DNA from: Carcharhinus longimanus
Lineage: Eukaryota
Reading direction: 5' to 3'
Assembly (NCBI GenBank): GCA_030264375.1
Contig: JASCQW010000119.1
Location: 27,384,730-27,448,729 of the forward strand
Length of the DNA stretch: 64,000 bases
Below, in pieces: positions 62,950-64,000 of this stretch (position 1 is the stretch's first letter; the number at the start of each line of letters is the position of its first letter). A program made the translations under genes and the position numbers. The notes beneath the pieces are model-generated. The model made no database searches, was not told the origin of the DNA, and saw only the letters and a program-made list of their open reading frames with translations.

Positions 62950-63552
62950 TAACATGTGTTGACATGGCAGGAGTTGGTGTTTAAAAATAGGAAGGTTTTA
63001 TTGCAGTTGTACAGGATGTTGTGAGGCCTTACCGGGAATACTGCATACAATTTTGGTCCTTTTACCAAAATGGATATAGAAACTTTGGAGGATGTCCAAA
63101 TTTCTGGGAGGGGAAGGTTGTCCTACCAAAAGACTAAATAGTCTAGGTCAGTATTCCTTGGAGTTTAGAAAAGTGAGGGGTGACCTTATTCAAACATGTA
63201 AAACCCTGAAGGGGCTTGACTGAGTAGATGGAGAGATGTTTTCACCAGTGGGAGCATCTTGAACAATGGAACATAGCTACAAGATGAAGGGTTGGTCATT
63301 TAAAACTGAGATGTGTGAATTCCTTCTCAGGGTGGTGACTCTCTGGAATTCTCTGCTCCAAAGGGTACTGAAGGTCAGATCATCTTAAGTATTTAAAGTG
63401 GACATGGATAAATACTTGATAGATAGAGAAATATAGGGCTATGGGGAAATGGCACCTAAAAGGAGTTGAAGTCGGCATAGATCAGCCATGATCACACTGA
63501 ATGGCAGGGCAAGCTTGAACGCCCTGGTGGCATATTCCTGCTTCTATTTCTC
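62950..63552 (+). mobile_element. CR1 LINE 3' fragment
   Basis: aggggtgaccttattcaaacatgtaaa..gatcagccatgatcacactgaatggcaggg tail. Confidence 0.8.
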
Positions 63553-63807
63553 GTCGTCTTGTGCTGGACACTATGGGCATCGTGAAGACAGAGCTGTTAA
63601 AACATTTTCAGGTGTGGTGGTCTCTTGTGTAATAGTTGCACATATTTTTCTAGCTATCAGCAGAGGGTTGCTTCTTCTCAGTTATTCCATTGCCTTGCTG
63701 CACCTGTGGCCCTTCAATCTCTGTGGGCTCTGTAACAAAATGTAACTTTGCAAGGCAAATTCATGCAGCATCAACAAACAAGAACACAACACAGAAACCT
63801 TCTGCAT

Positions 63808-64000
63808 AAAAGCAAAATACTGTGGATGCTGGGATCTGTAACAAAAACAGAAAAAAATGCTGGGACATCTCAGCAAGTCTGACAGAATCTGTGGAGAGAG
63901 AATAGAGCTAATGTTTCAAGTCTGGATGACCCCAGACTTGAAATGTTGGCTCTATTCTCTCCACAGATGCTGTCAGACTTGCTGAGATTTTCCAACATTT
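63808..64000. mobile_element. Penelope-like pLTR palindrome (second family), core collapsed, truncated by window end
   Basis: Arms tctcagcaagtctgacag..tctgtggagagagaatagagc / gctctattctctccacagatgctgtcagacttgctgaga around a centre near 63928. Confidence 0.6.

Noticed and set aside
60800-64000. ZFAS1-like antisense host gene with SNORD12-family C/D snoRNAs, as in the mammalian locus
   Set aside because: I found no convincing box C (RUGAUGA) / box D (CUGA) pair with a terminal stem or SNORD12-like guide. It could lie beyond the window; an Infernal search is needed.
1-64000. CRISPR arrays, rRNA or prokaryotic operon-type systems
   Set aside because: No regularly spaced repeats or rRNA similarity; the sequence is intron-rich vertebrate DNA.

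Overview
Repeat-rich vertebrate genomic DNA, most likely a shark or other cartilaginous fish (judged from V-SINE/HE1-like SINEs, CR1/L2 LINEs and Penelope-type palindromes), from a draft assembly with many 100-N placeholder gaps. The window holds one apparently complete minus-strand gene, ZNFX1 (NFX1-type zinc finger SF1 RNA helicase / RZ-finger E3 ligase). I traced 13 coding exons by hand with GT-AG boundaries and consistent phases, from ATG at 50610 to TGA at 9736-9738, about 1960 aa once two gap-induced artefactual frameshifts are repaired. A 3'UTR probably ends near 7050, and a CpG-richer promoter region at about 59000-61250 carries ISRE-like motifs. Most interesting extras: (1) an intact minimal type I hammerhead ribozyme motif in a Penelope-type palindromic insert on the ZNFX1 sense strand; (2) a non-autonomous element with ~100-bp TIRs, TGT...ACA ends and a 4-bp TSD (Ginger-like signature); (3) a candidate 63-nt in-frame cassette exon; (4) three candidate alternative first exons; (5) a decayed exon resembling an SLC18B1-type MFS transporter. 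Family assignments come from motif recognition, not database searches, and repeat boundaries are approximate.
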